DNA of 31,168 nt from Caldisphaera sp. (GCA_049971805.1 JBMFKU010000016.1:1-31168), one strand, 5' to 3'. Positions 1 through 9,084 are shown, counted from the stretch's first letter. Program-made: numbers and translations. Notes: generated from the sequence alone by a model not told the origin.

Positions 1-77
1 ATGGTTGAGGGCTAAGTCCCTATGCTCGATCATGATTGAAGATAAGATGATTGAAATGAAAGTGTATGGACAAACGG
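1..77 (+). mobile_element. tnpB: 3' end of a tnpB-carrying IS (IS607 or IS200/IS605 type), truncated by window start
   Basis: Frame from nt 2 reads WLRAKSLCSIMIEDKMIEMKVYGQTGVPKE* (stop 92-94), matching from memory the C-terminal tail of Sulfolobales TnpB/OrfB proteins. The sequence switches to peptidase-coding sequence after ...GACAAACGG (77). Confidence 0.65.
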
Positions 78-611
78 GAGTGCCAAAAGAGTAAACCTGT
101 TTATAGTGCATGGTATGAGTTCTACCCAAATCCTACTGTTACTTTTAGCAACGCAAATGTAGTCCCAGGAGATAAAATTGTTGCATAGGTTGTTTATTTA
201 CCAAATGACACTTTTGCTACCTTAATAGAAGAATTTAATAGCAATGGGCAACCCATGTTTAATGAATCATCACTATCAACACTGGTATCAGGCGCGGAAA
301 GAGCTTCTACAGAATGGATAGTTGAAAGACCTGATATATGCATAGGCCCTGTTTGCACATTAACAAATTTAGCTAATTTCGGTAATGCTTCATTTGGTTC
401 TAATTTCACTAATATAAACAGTGACTATGTAACACTTTCGAATGGTACTTCATTACCTTTTGGCTCTTTAAGCAAATACATTTACAATATCACTATGGTA
501 AACAATAATGGAAGCCCATTAGCCTATGTTAGCTGGTTCAATAAAATTTCAAGCTTTAATGTTACTTATGTTACCACATCATCTATTCAAGTAACTAACG
601 GCCATAAGTAA
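78..611 (+). pseudogene. G1 family glutamic peptidase (peptidase A4/scytalidopepsin-like), 3' fragment, disrupted
   Basis: The frame of ORF 255..611 extends upstream to ECQKSKPVYSAWYEFYPNP...VVPGDKIVA*; G1 motifs YxAWYExYP and TEWIVERP are present. There is an in-frame TAG at 186-188, and the N-terminus is replaced by IS sequence. Confidence 0.75.
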
Positions 612-656
612 TTTTAATTAATATTTTTTGAAACATTTAATAGAATTATGTTTCAA

Positions 657-696
657 TGCACAAACTGCACAAAACAAACTGCACAAAATTGTGCAT
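657..696. repeat. 14-bp tandem duplication merged with a palindrome
   Basis: ACAAACTGCACAAA at 660-673 and 674-687; TGCACAA-AA-TTGTGCA inverted repeat at 680-695; three TGCACAAA units in total. Confidence 0.8.
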
Positions 697-795
697 GTAA
701 AAAAAAGAGATGTAAGTTATAATAAAAAAGAACAGAACCAATTTGCTAACAAAGCCAGCCCCACCAATAAAAACTCTTGAATGCATTTCTAGAAG

Positions 796-1833
796 CTAAG
801 TATCTTCAGAAGCTTCTTTTCCATAAACCTCCCAAAGAGAATCCAGCTCATCCTGAACATACACATCCTTTATCCTCTCAACTCCACACCTCTTCCTATG
901 CAACAAAACATAATCTCCAGAGAACTTCCACACCCTTCCTATTACAGAAGCCTTTACACCAATAGATTTTAAAAGCTCAATTGCTTTCTCAGATCTTCTA
1001 TTTGGTACCGAGGCTATAAGGACTCCTGAGCTTATAAGCTTAAGTGAATCAATTCCAAGAGCATTTGCCATTATAACCGTCTCATCAGCTATTGGAACCC
1101 TATCCTCAAACACTTCTATTGTTTTCTTGGAAGCATAAGCCATCTCCGCAATCCCCTCGAGTACTCCACCATTAGTTGCATCATGCATTGAATTAGCAAG
1201 CCCTGCATCAGAAAGGACAAGCGCTTCCCTCATAATACTGATAAATTTTAAGAATTCTCTCCCCCTCCTCAATACATCTTCGCTTACCCCCTTTTTGAGC
1301 AGTACTTTTTTAAAATCAGTTGCAAGTATTGCAGTCCCCTCAACACCTGCTGTCTTTGTCATTATTATCTCATCGCCTTCCTTGGCATTTGAAGTTCTTA
1401 CAACCTTATCCTTCTCCCCTATACCAATGGCGGTCATTGAGACTATCACTCTATTAAGCTTAGGCGCAAATGCTGTATGCCCACCCACAACCATAACCCC
1501 TATTTCTTTGGCAGCGCTGTCTATCTGTAATGTTACCTTGTCCAAAAGCTCATTTCCAGAGCCCTCTGGAAGAAGTATATCTGAGAGAAGCCATCTAGGC
1601 CTCACCCCCCTAACAGCAATGTCGTTGCTGACTATATTGACAGAGAGCCACCCTATCGACTCTATTGCCCCAACTATAGGATCGACGTGGGAAACGAGGA
1701 CCTTTCCATCCCCTATGTCTATTATAGAAGCATCTTCTCCTATCCTTGGCCCTACTATTACTTGGGTATCTTCCTTCCCAATCCTGCTCAAAACGTACTT
1801 CATCATATCATCATGAGGAAGCTTTATTACCAT
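796..1833 (-). CDS. AIR synthase-related protein (PurM/HypE/ThiL superfamily)
   Basis: GPRIGEDASII, HVDP, NDIA, GGHT and MHDATNGG motifs; lacks the HypE C-terminal PRIC. Confidence 0.85.
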   Translation of the reverse strand: MVIKLPHDDMMKYVLSRIGKEDTQVIVGPRIGEDASIIDIGDGKVLVSHVDPIVGAIESIGWLSVNIVSNDIAVRGVRPRWLLSDILLPEGSGNELLDKVTLQIDSAAKEIGVMVVGGHTAFAPKLNRVIVSMTAIGIGEKDKVVRTSNAKEGDEIIMTKTAGVEGTAILATDFKKVLLKKGVSEDVLRRGREFLKFISIMREALVLSDAGLANSMHDATNGGVLEGIAEMAYASKKTIEVFEDRVPIADETVIMANALGIDSLKLISSGVLIASVPNRRSEKAIELLKSIGVKASVIGRVWKFSGDYVLLHRKRCGVERIKDVYVQDELDSLWEVYGKEASEDT

Positions 1834-1921
1834 TTTCTTTCCTATTCAATGGAGCTTATAACATGAATTTAAGCTTTGCTGAACGTTCCTGTTTTAACTT
1901 TGCCTTAAAACATACAGAGGT

Positions 1922-2290
1922 ATGGATTTAGATGGAATACATAAAGCCAAAATAGATCATTCTTATGTTATATCTTCCTTAACTGCATATTCAGTTATAA
2001 AAAATGATGGAAAATATGATGCAAGAATTGTAGGTATCTATGTATATGACAGCAACGGTATGAAGATAAATGAAAACCAGACAAATTTGTTAATAAAGCC
2101 TGGCCAGGTCTCAGTAACAGATTTACAGGTAAACGGTGTTGTGCCATATAATGTATATTCAGTAATCATCTTCACAGATTTCAGGTATGAGCGAGTCTTG
2201 CTACTTCGTTTACCCCCCTTAATTTCTTTATTATTTAATTTACTATTAATTCTAACAAAAAACATTTGTATACATATTATAACATATTAA
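1922..2290 (+). CDS. hypothetical beta-rich protein, possibly a remnant of a pilin-like or surface protein
   Basis: GAGGT RBS-like motif directly upstream. The pattern IKNDG..ARIVGIYVYD..IKPGQ..YSVIIFT resembles crenarchaeal surface/pilin globular domains. No signal peptide; the C-terminal tail looks non-coding. Confidence 0.3.
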   Translation: MDLDGIHKAKIDHSYVISSLTAYSVIKNDGKYDARIVGIYVYDSNGMKINENQTNLLIKPGQVSVTDLQVNGVVPYNVYSVIIFTDFRYERVLLLRLPPLISLLFNLLLILTKNICIHIITY

Positions 2291-2322
2291 TTCCCCCTGT
2301 TACCTTTTTTTCGGTGTTGGTT

Positions 2323-3324
2323 TTGGAAAAAGAGCTTGAGCTTCCATCGTGGTTGAAAAGGGTAAAAATGCCCATCCCTATAGAGTCTTTAAAATTTATA
2401 AATGTTTATTTGATTGGATCAGAAAACTCTTTTAGCATGATAGATGCAGGCATGTACAACATAAGGTCATTCCATGAGTTCTCAAAGGGCATAAGCTCAT
2501 TAGGATACAAGATATGCGATCTTGAATCAGTTATAGTAACTCACTTCCATGTAGATCACATAACTATGTCTCCTATCCTTCAAAGCCTAGGGGCAAGCGA
2601 TTTCTATCTTGGATTAAAGGATGCAAGGGTTTTGAGCAGGGGGTTTGATAAGTTCATAAACAAGGCAATCAAATTATATGCTAACCATGGAATGCCTGAA
2701 AATGAGGCAAACGAAATTTCAAAGGCCCACCCTGCAATGAGGCTTATAGATATATATTCTGATTTACAGGAAATTCCTTGGATAACATTAAGCAACGACT
2801 CAGAAATAGATGTGCAGGATAAAAAGCTTAAAGTCATTGAAGTCCCAGGCCATACGCCCGGTCAAATAAATTTGTTTGATGAAAAAGACGGTATACTATT
2901 TGTTGGAGATCATGTATTAGATCCAATAACTCCTCAGATAACTCTTGCAGAGGAAAACACAGATCCTTTAGGGGACTACATAAAAAGCCTTGAAAAAATT
3001 TCAACCTTAAATGCAAAAATTGCAATGCCCGGGCATAGGGAACCAATATTAAACCCTTCAAAGAGGGCTAAAGAAATAATAAAGCATCATGAAGAAAGGC
3101 TAAATGAGATACTCGGCTATATAAGGAAAAAAGAGCTAAACGGATATGAAATTGCCAAAATGGTAAAATGGAGGGCCTCATATAATTCGTGGGAGGAATA
3201 CCCTTATTCAGAAAGGTTCTTTGCAATGGGGGAAACACTGGCACATCTAAAAAGGTTGGAATTGGAAGGGAAGATAGAAAGGAAGATGAACAAAAACATT
3301 GTATATTGGAAAGCACTTGTCTAG
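2323..3324 (+). CDS. MBL-fold metallo-hydrolase
   Basis: THFHVDH (HxHxDH), PGHTPG, GDHVL and PGH motifs. Start moved to TTG 2323 behind GGTG (2313-2316); ATG 2368 is an alternative. Confidence 0.9.
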   Translation: MEKELELPSWLKRVKMPIPIESLKFINVYLIGSENSFSMIDAGMYNIRSFHEFSKGISSLGYKICDLESVIVTHFHVDHITMSPILQSLGASDFYLGLKDARVLSRGFDKFINKAIKLYANHGMPENEANEISKAHPAMRLIDIYSDLQEIPWITLSNDSEIDVQDKKLKVIEVPGHTPGQINLFDEKDGILFVGDHVLDPITPQITLAEENTDPLGDYIKSLEKISTLNAKIAMPGHREPILNPSKRAKEIIKHHEERLNEILGYIRKKELNGYEIAKMVKWRASYNSWEEYPYSERFFAMGETLAHLKRLELEGKIERKMNKNIVYWKALV

Positions 3325-4103
3325 CCTAATTTGCTACACCAGCTGTTTTGCGACGCAATTAATTCCTCAATTTTTTTACATATTTCCAAAAATATTTCTT
3401 CAACCTTCCCCTCAATTTTTATATCGGCATAGCTATCAAACTCTGTCTCCCCCATGTTAATTATTATTAACTCAGCTCCCCTTGATTTTGCAATAATAGG
3501 CAATTGATTTGCAGGGCTTACTGATAAACTAGAACCCAATACAAGGAATAGGTCTGAATTTGATGCCAATTCATATGCCTTGTTTATAACCGAATAATCA
3601 AGTGCTTCCCCAAAAAACACAACGTCTGGCTTTAATATACCTCCACAGTATGGGCATAAAGGGATTTTATTTTCTCTCACCTCCTTAAACGCATCTTCAA
3701 TATCATACTTCCTTTTGCATTGGGTGCATATAGAATATCTCATATTACCATGAAGTTCAACAACTTCCTTGCTACCTGCCTTCCTATGGAGATCATCTAT
3801 GTTTTGTGTTATAACAGCTTTTATTATGCCCATCTCCTCAAGCCTGGCCAAAGAGTAGTGCGCTGCATTTGGCTTTGCATCCTTTATCTTATCATACATC
3901 TCGTTCATAAAAAGCTTCCAAGAAGAAAGGGGGTCGCTTAGAAAATATGATATATGAAAAAGACCTGGATCCATTATCTTCCATATACCTCTAGGTCCTC
4001 TAAAATCTGGTATCCCACTACCCGTGCTGATACCAGCACCAGTTAAGGCTATGGCATAATTTGCTTTGATCATCTTCTCTGCTATTTGTCTTATTTGATC
4101 CAT
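3321..4103 (-). CDS. cobB: NAD-dependent protein deacetylase, Sir2 family
   Basis: TGAGISTGSGIPDFRG, TQNIDDLH, ELHG, CxxC..CxxC zinc site, KPDVVFFGE, GSSL. Confidence 0.95.
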   Translation of the reverse strand: MDQIRQIAEKMIKANYAIALTGAGISTGSGIPDFRGPRGIWKIMDPGLFHISYFLSDPLSSWKLFMNEMYDKIKDAKPNAAHYSLARLEEMGIIKAVITQNIDDLHRKAGSKEVVELHGNMRYSICTQCKRKYDIEDAFKEVRENKIPLCPYCGGILKPDVVFFGEALDYSVINKAYELASNSDLFLVLGSSLSVSPANQLPIIAKSRGAELIIINMGETEFDSYADIKIEGKVEEIFLEICKKIEELIASQNSWCSKLG

Positions 4104-4265
4104 AATCTACCCCCATTTAAAATTTATGAAAAAGGCTTAAATCTATATTGCAAATAAGAATAAGGAAGAAAAGATAGGGAAGGCATAAAAGTAATAGGAA
4201 AAATCTTAAAAATTCGCACTTCAACAAATATTTCTAAATACTTTTAAATTTAATTTTCAAAATTT

Positions 4266-5519
4266 TTATGTTATTGAAATTTGCTTTGCCTTTTCAATTA
4301 AAGAATTCATCAGCTTTGATAGCAAGAAGTTTTTTGCCTTTTCCCTTGCATTCTTACCCATTTCATCTCTCTTCCTTTCATTATTTATCAAATCCAATAT
4401 TGCATTATAACCCCCTTCAATATCATCCGATCCCCTTAAGTGAATACCATCAACCTTATCACTTATCAGCCATTTTTGTCCATATGTTGCGCTTGTAATT
4501 ACTGGCACCTCACCATACATAAACTCTATTTGCGTTAGGCCCAATGCCTCCATTTTAGACATTATTATATTTAAATAGCTTGCCTTAATTAGAGATGCCT
4601 TTAAACCAACACTTATTTCTCCTGTCAATATAACATTTTTCATCTTTTTAGATTCCCTCAAAACTCTATCCCACTGATCCCCAGGTTTTCCAGCTATGAC
4701 AAAATAAACATCTTTAAAATTTCCAAATTTTTTTGCAATCTCAACAACTGCTAAAGGATTCTTCCTCTCCTCAACTGTTCCCAAATAAGATATTATTTTG
4801 CTTCCTTCGGGTATCTTGTATTTATCCAAAAATTCCTTAGGATTTGCATCTTCTATTTCTTTTGCTTCCTCATCATCCAATCCACCAGGAAAAATAAATA
4901 TCTGAGAAGGCTGTGCACCCATTGTAATCATGTCTTCGGCCTCAATTCCTGTAACTGCCAAAATAATGTCTGCTGCTTTAAATATTGATGGCAATTCCGT
5001 CATGTTCCATGCCAATCTGTATGTCCTTTCCAAAGGCTCATACCTTCCAGGTTCGGGGGGCTGATAATGGGACATGTGGCCATATACGACCCTCTTCTGA
5101 TTTATATTCATACTGCTCATCAATTTCCTCCAAAGAATCCACTTAGCAGTATCTTCTGGACCATTCCATAGTGTTGAGTGGGATACAATAAAATCAATCC
5201 CTATTTCATTGTCTATCAAATTAAGCGTGCTTATATAATCCCTAAAAGTTATCCTCCTTGGAGGCCATGTTAACTTCCTACTCAAAACCCTTATAGTTGG
5301 TAACTTAATTTTTGGATCAACATCAAATACTTTAAAAGGCTTTTCCGACCTTTCCAATTCCCTTTCAGAAACTATTGGTTCACCATCATGATAAATGCTT
5401 GTTATTAAATAAGATTTATAACCAAGCTTTAGAGCATATTTCACCATCCTTTGAGCAACAAGCTCTTGCCCCTTGCTGTTTGATGTCTGATACATAACAG
5501 AAAAAAAATTAAAACCCAT
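4266..5519 (-). CDS. GT4 (GT-B) glycosyltransferase
   Basis: GTVEERKN and the E-x7-E signature EALGLTQIE; last gene of a tightly packed 3-gene operon. Confidence 0.88.
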   Translation of the reverse strand: MGFNFFSVMYQTSNSKGQELVAQRMVKYALKLGYKSYLITSIYHDGEPIVSERELERSEKPFKVFDVDPKIKLPTIRVLSRKLTWPPRRITFRDYISTLNLIDNEIGIDFIVSHSTLWNGPEDTAKWILWRKLMSSMNINQKRVVYGHMSHYQPPEPGRYEPLERTYRLAWNMTELPSIFKAADIILAVTGIEAEDMITMGAQPSQIFIFPGGLDDEEAKEIEDANPKEFLDKYKIPEGSKIISYLGTVEERKNPLAVVEIAKKFGNFKDVYFVIAGKPGDQWDRVLRESKKMKNVILTGEISVGLKASLIKASYLNIIMSKMEALGLTQIEFMYGEVPVITSATYGQKWLISDKVDGIHLRGSDDIEGGYNAILDLINNERKRDEMGKNAREKAKNFLLSKLMNSLIEKAKQISIT

Positions 5520-5520
5520 T

Positions 5521-6108
5521 TTATGGCCTCCTCAAATACCTAACAAGCAAAACTGCTACAAATGCTATTGCCAGTCCCCATGCCAATGGTTGTAACAGTA
5601 TCATCAATGGTTCAACATCTAACTTAACTTCCCTCATAGCCAAAGTAATAACTGTTAAATAAAGGATAATCTTTATGTAAACTATTAGAATTTCAAGCTC
5701 CTGACCTCCTCTTTGTCTTGCCTCGCTTGATATGTAAGAATCGAACACATCAATCAATATAAAACCAATTATTATTATGAAAACAAACAATGCTACATAA
5801 CCCAAGCCGTAGGTTATCATTGAGGAAGCTACTCTCAATTCCTTTACTATTTGCGAAAGGAAGTCCAATGCCAATACAATACCTGTTACATAAATAAAAT
5901 ATGCTATTATAGAACCGAAAAAGTCTCCTCCGGTCATGCCAGCCCTTAATGCAATCTTTCCCATGCTTATATGCTTGAACCAATCATTAAAACCTGTAAC
6001 CTCTAACGATCTTTCTATAACAAATTTTAAAAACTTTCCTATAAAATAAAATGCAACTATTATAACAATAAATACGACTGCATCTATTAAATAATCAATT
6101 ATCTGCAT
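5521..6108 (-). CDS. membrane protein, mechanosensitive-channel-like (CmpX/MscS N-terminal TM-helix repeats)
   Basis: About five hydrophobic helices with a repeated TM-helix pattern; no MscS cytoplasmic domain visible; overlaps the upstream gene and sits 1 nt from the downstream gene. Confidence 0.7.
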   Translation of the reverse strand: MQIIDYLIDAVVFIVIIVAFYFIGKFLKFVIERSLEVTGFNDWFKHISMGKIALRAGMTGGDFFGSIIAYFIYVTGIVLALDFLSQIVKELRVASSMITYGLGYVALFVFIIIIGFILIDVFDSYISSEARQRGGQELEILIVYIKIILYLTVITLAMREVKLDVEPLMILLQPLAWGLAIAFVAVLLVRYLRRP

Positions 6109-6805
6109 ATTTCCTAATCAGCCCTCCAACATCATTAAATCTTACCATTTCATTCACTCTAAATTTCTTCATGTGATCATTATATCCATTTAATACCAAA
6201 ACAGATATGTCTGATTTAAGGAATGCGGGTAAATCATTTTCGCTGTCACCAAAATATACTACCTTATCTGCATTAAAAATCTTTCTCAAAAATTCAACAG
6301 AATCTCCCTTGTCCTTTTTGCTTAATAATATATCAACAAATGGATGATTTTCATAAACGATAACTCTCATACCAGATAGCATGGATTTATTTAAAATTTT
6401 TTCCAGACTACTTGGCTTTTTGGAAAAGCGCCAGTCTATGCTAAACCCAGCTATCAATCCAGACAAGGTTCTCTTAACTTCGACCTTGACTTTAGATACC
6501 TCATAGTCATTCTTTATCATGTTTATTATTTCCAATGCATTGTCTTGTTTTTCTACTAAATCAACATCAATGCATGACCTATCATTAAACAAAACCTCTG
6601 CCCCACCAATGCATGAATATGCGTCTAATTCATCTACCTTTTTAATTAATACATCGCATGCCTTTGTTGATACCAACGCAACCCTCACCTTCCTTTTTGC
6701 ATATTTTATAGCATCTAAAACATCTTTTGATGGAAATGCCATTTTTTCTTCAACATCTATTGGGCTAATAGTTCCATCATAGTCTAACAGTATTAGCTTG
6801 ACCAA
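6095..6805 (-). CDS. HAD-IIB phosphatase, trehalose-6-phosphate phosphatase-like
   Basis: Motif I LLDYDGTISP, motif III DKG, motif IV YFGDSEND. The true start is TTG at 6805 behind a GGGGG RBS; the rest of ORF 6095..7294 is antisense to the GTPase. Confidence 0.82.
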   Translation of the reverse strand: MVKLILLDYDGTISPIDVEEKMAFPSKDVLDAIKYAKRKVRVALVSTKACDVLIKKVDELDAYSCIGGAEVLFNDRSCIDVDLVEKQDNALEIINMIKNDYEVSKVKVEVKRTLSGLIAGFSIDWRFSKKPSSLEKILNKSMLSGMRVIVYENHPFVDILLSKKDKGDSVEFLRKIFNADKVVYFGDSENDLPAFLKSDISVLVLNGYNDHMKKFRVNEMVRFNDVGGLIRKYADN

Positions 6806-6869
6806 ATAATTCCCCCAGCTAAAATAAATTTGATAAGTTTGGATATTTATTTTTATAAAGGGAGTAAAG

Positions 6870-8036
6870 TTGGTTACAAACTTACCTGCAGAAGCTATTG
6901 CAAAGCTAAACAAATACAGCGATGCAAAGACGCATGATGAGAAAATTAAGGCATTAGAGGAATTTATAAGCGCAGTACCAAAGCACAAAGGGACTGAAAA
7001 CCTATTGTATTGGGCAAGGAGCAGGCTTGCTGAGCTTAGACAGGAGGAAGAAAAGGAAAGGAGGAAGAAAAGAGGTGGTGGGGGGCCAAAGCTATTTATA
7101 GAAAAAACTGGTGCAGGACAGATAGCTGTTATTGGCCCGCCAAATTCTGGGAAGAGTAGCATAGTATCAAGATTGACAAATGCAAAAGTTCTTATAAGCC
7201 CAGTACCATTTAGCACAAACGAACCTGTGCCAGGAATGATGAGCTTTGAAGACATAAAATTCCAGCTTATCGATACCCCACCAATTATAGGCAATGAAGG
7301 AAATTATGTTAACACAAAGACAATGGCTTTGGCAAGAAATGCAGATGCATTAATAATAGTTATTGGATTAGATTATGATCCAATTAATTCATTTAAAAGG
7401 GTTTCAAATACATTAGAAAAGAAGGGGATAATAATTTCAATACAAAAAGGTTTTATAAGGATTATAAAGGAAAGGGTTGGGAATGGAATAAACGTTTTAT
7501 TTTATGGAAGGCCTTCCTTTACAGAAGAAGATGTGAAAAGGGCACTAAGTTCTTATAGAATCTATGATGCTACTGTAGAAATCTATGGGAAACCAAGCCT
7601 GGATGATATAGATTCTTCTCTTTTAAATGCAAAGGTCTATAAGCCCACTATAGTTCTCTTTAATAAATCAGATTTAGTAAAAAATAGAGAAGAAGTAGAA
7701 GATGGGATAGAAAGAGAAAAAATTATTCCTAATGATGTAAAATACTATTTTGTATCAGCAAAAAACAATGAAAATTTGGAAAAATTGGGTAAAGAAATAT
7801 TTAATATGTTAAAGATAAAAAGAATATACACAAAGAAGCCAAATTCCCCTCCAGATAAGGATCCTTTAATAATCAGGGAAAATGCAAATGTAAAAGAAAT
7901 AGCAGAGGCAATAAATCCACACATAGCAAATATAAAATATGCAAAAATTTGGGGATCAGGAGTCAAATATGATGGCCAAAGGGTTGGACCAGAATATGTA
8001 CCAAAAGATAAGGATGTTGTAGAAATAAGGTATTAA
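6870..8036 (+). CDS. DRG/OBG-family GTPase with C-terminal TGS domain
   Basis: PKHKGTE N-terminal helix, G1 GPPNSGKS, G3 DTPP, G4 NKSD, G5 SAK, TGS-like tail IYTK...GQRVG..DVVEI. Confidence 0.92.
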   Translation: MVTNLPAEAIAKLNKYSDAKTHDEKIKALEEFISAVPKHKGTENLLYWARSRLAELRQEEEKERRKKRGGGGPKLFIEKTGAGQIAVIGPPNSGKSSIVSRLTNAKVLISPVPFSTNEPVPGMMSFEDIKFQLIDTPPIIGNEGNYVNTKTMALARNADALIIVIGLDYDPINSFKRVSNTLEKKGIIISIQKGFIRIIKERVGNGINVLFYGRPSFTEEDVKRALSSYRIYDATVEIYGKPSLDDIDSSLLNAKVYKPTIVLFNKSDLVKNREEVEDGIEREKIIPNDVKYYFVSAKNNENLEKLGKEIFNMLKIKRIYTKKPNSPPDKDPLIIRENANVKEIAEAINPHIANIKYAKIWGSGVKYDGQRVGPEYVPKDKDVVEIRY

Positions 8037-8079
8037 TAAAAATTTCCTTTTTATTGCTTAAAAGCTTTTTATTTTATCT

Positions 8080-8970
8080 TCATTCTTCTCTATAATCCAT
8101 AGCCTCACTTTCTTCTATTATTGCAGGGCAAATTAATTTATTACCAATGCTTTCAATTATTGATGACATACCAATTAAAATTCCGTATGATTTGCTGTTC
8201 ACACTATCATTAATATCTTTAGACAATTTAATTGCATTTAATACCCTTCTCCCGCTGTTTGATGCTATCCCCCCTAGCAATTCGCTCAATATCATTTTTA
8301 AAATCGGAGAATTTTTCTCCAATTCTTCCTTTGATGCATTTACTAAATAGCTGTAGACTAGATCTGAAAGGGTTAAAATTAATCCGTATGATAATGGATC
8401 CAAGTGATCTCCATCACTTTTAGGCAAAGCCAATACTGCCATAGCTAAGTCCTCAATATCTTTCTTCAACAAATCAATATTTTTTGATTTGCTACCCTCA
8501 TTTAAAGCAACATCTATCATTTCTTGCAACTTTGAATTTATCTCCTTAATAAACCTTGCAGCACTCCCATCTTTTATTGATATGAATTCAACACTAACAT
8601 TATCAATACCTTCGACAACCCTTTTTACTTTATCGTTTTCCTCCAAAATTTTTATGAGTGAACTGTATTGCTGTGCATCTAACCCCTTAGTATTTATTGA
8701 TAACCTCTTATAACCATGAATAAATGCACAGTCAGATATTAATTTTGGTCCTGCACTTCTTGCTATCCCATTATATTTAATTGATATTGTCTCAGCCTTT
8801 ATTGCTGCTTTGCTGTCAGATGGGACAAGCTTTAAATGATCCCCCTCTTCCAATATCTTTAACTCATCTCCAACTTTTAACCCAAGTTTTTTTGCCCACT
8901 GCTTAGGCAATGTTATAATAAGGCTAGATCCACCCAACCTCTGTATTTTCCTACTTGAATTTAAACTCAT
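8080..8970 (-). CDS. AbrB/SpoVT-domain phosphate-uptake-regulator (PhoU)-like transcription regulator
   Basis: N-terminal RKIQRLGGSSLIITLPKQWAKKLGLKVGD swapped-hairpin motif followed by a helical C-terminal region. Confidence 0.8.
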   Translation of the reverse strand: MSLNSSRKIQRLGGSSLIITLPKQWAKKLGLKVGDELKILEEGDHLKLVPSDSKAAIKAETISIKYNGIARSAGPKLISDCAFIHGYKRLSINTKGLDAQQYSSLIKILEENDKVKRVVEGIDNVSVEFISIKDGSAARFIKEINSKLQEMIDVALNEGSKSKNIDLLKKDIEDLAMAVLALPKSDGDHLDPLSYGLILTLSDLVYSYLVNASKEELEKNSPILKMILSELLGGIASNSGRRVLNAIKLSKDINDSVNSKSYGILIGMSSIIESIGNKLICPAIIEESEAMDYREE

Positions 8971-9062
8971 TCTTACCCCCCGCTCTATATAAGGTATAGC
9001 AGTGGTTTATAACTTTAACGCCGTTATATTAAATAAAAAATATTTTTAAAAAGAACTGTTTT

Positions 9063-9084
9063 AATTTTAGGGTATCCTAAAATT
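9063..9084. promoter_or_regulatory. palindromic putative operator between the regulator and the por operon
   Basis: AATTTTAGG-GTAT-CCTAAAATT, perfect 9-bp arms. Confidence 0.55.

Noticed and set aside
186-188. In-frame TAG as pyrrolysine or programmed readthrough
   Set aside because: The gene is already broken upstream and there are no pyl genes in view; a nonsense mutation is simpler.
657-696. Mini CRISPR array
   Set aside because: Repeats are too short, there are no spacers, and no cas genes are present.
796-1833. Calling the gene hypE, thiL or selD
   Set aside because: No C-terminal PRIC, no hydrogenase context, and no family-specific residues I can verify.
6806-7294. N-terminal 163 aa of the 399-aa ORF as a fusion domain on the HAD phosphatase
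   Set aside because: It is the antisense shadow of the GTPase gene; HAD motif I follows a TTG with its own RBS at 6805.
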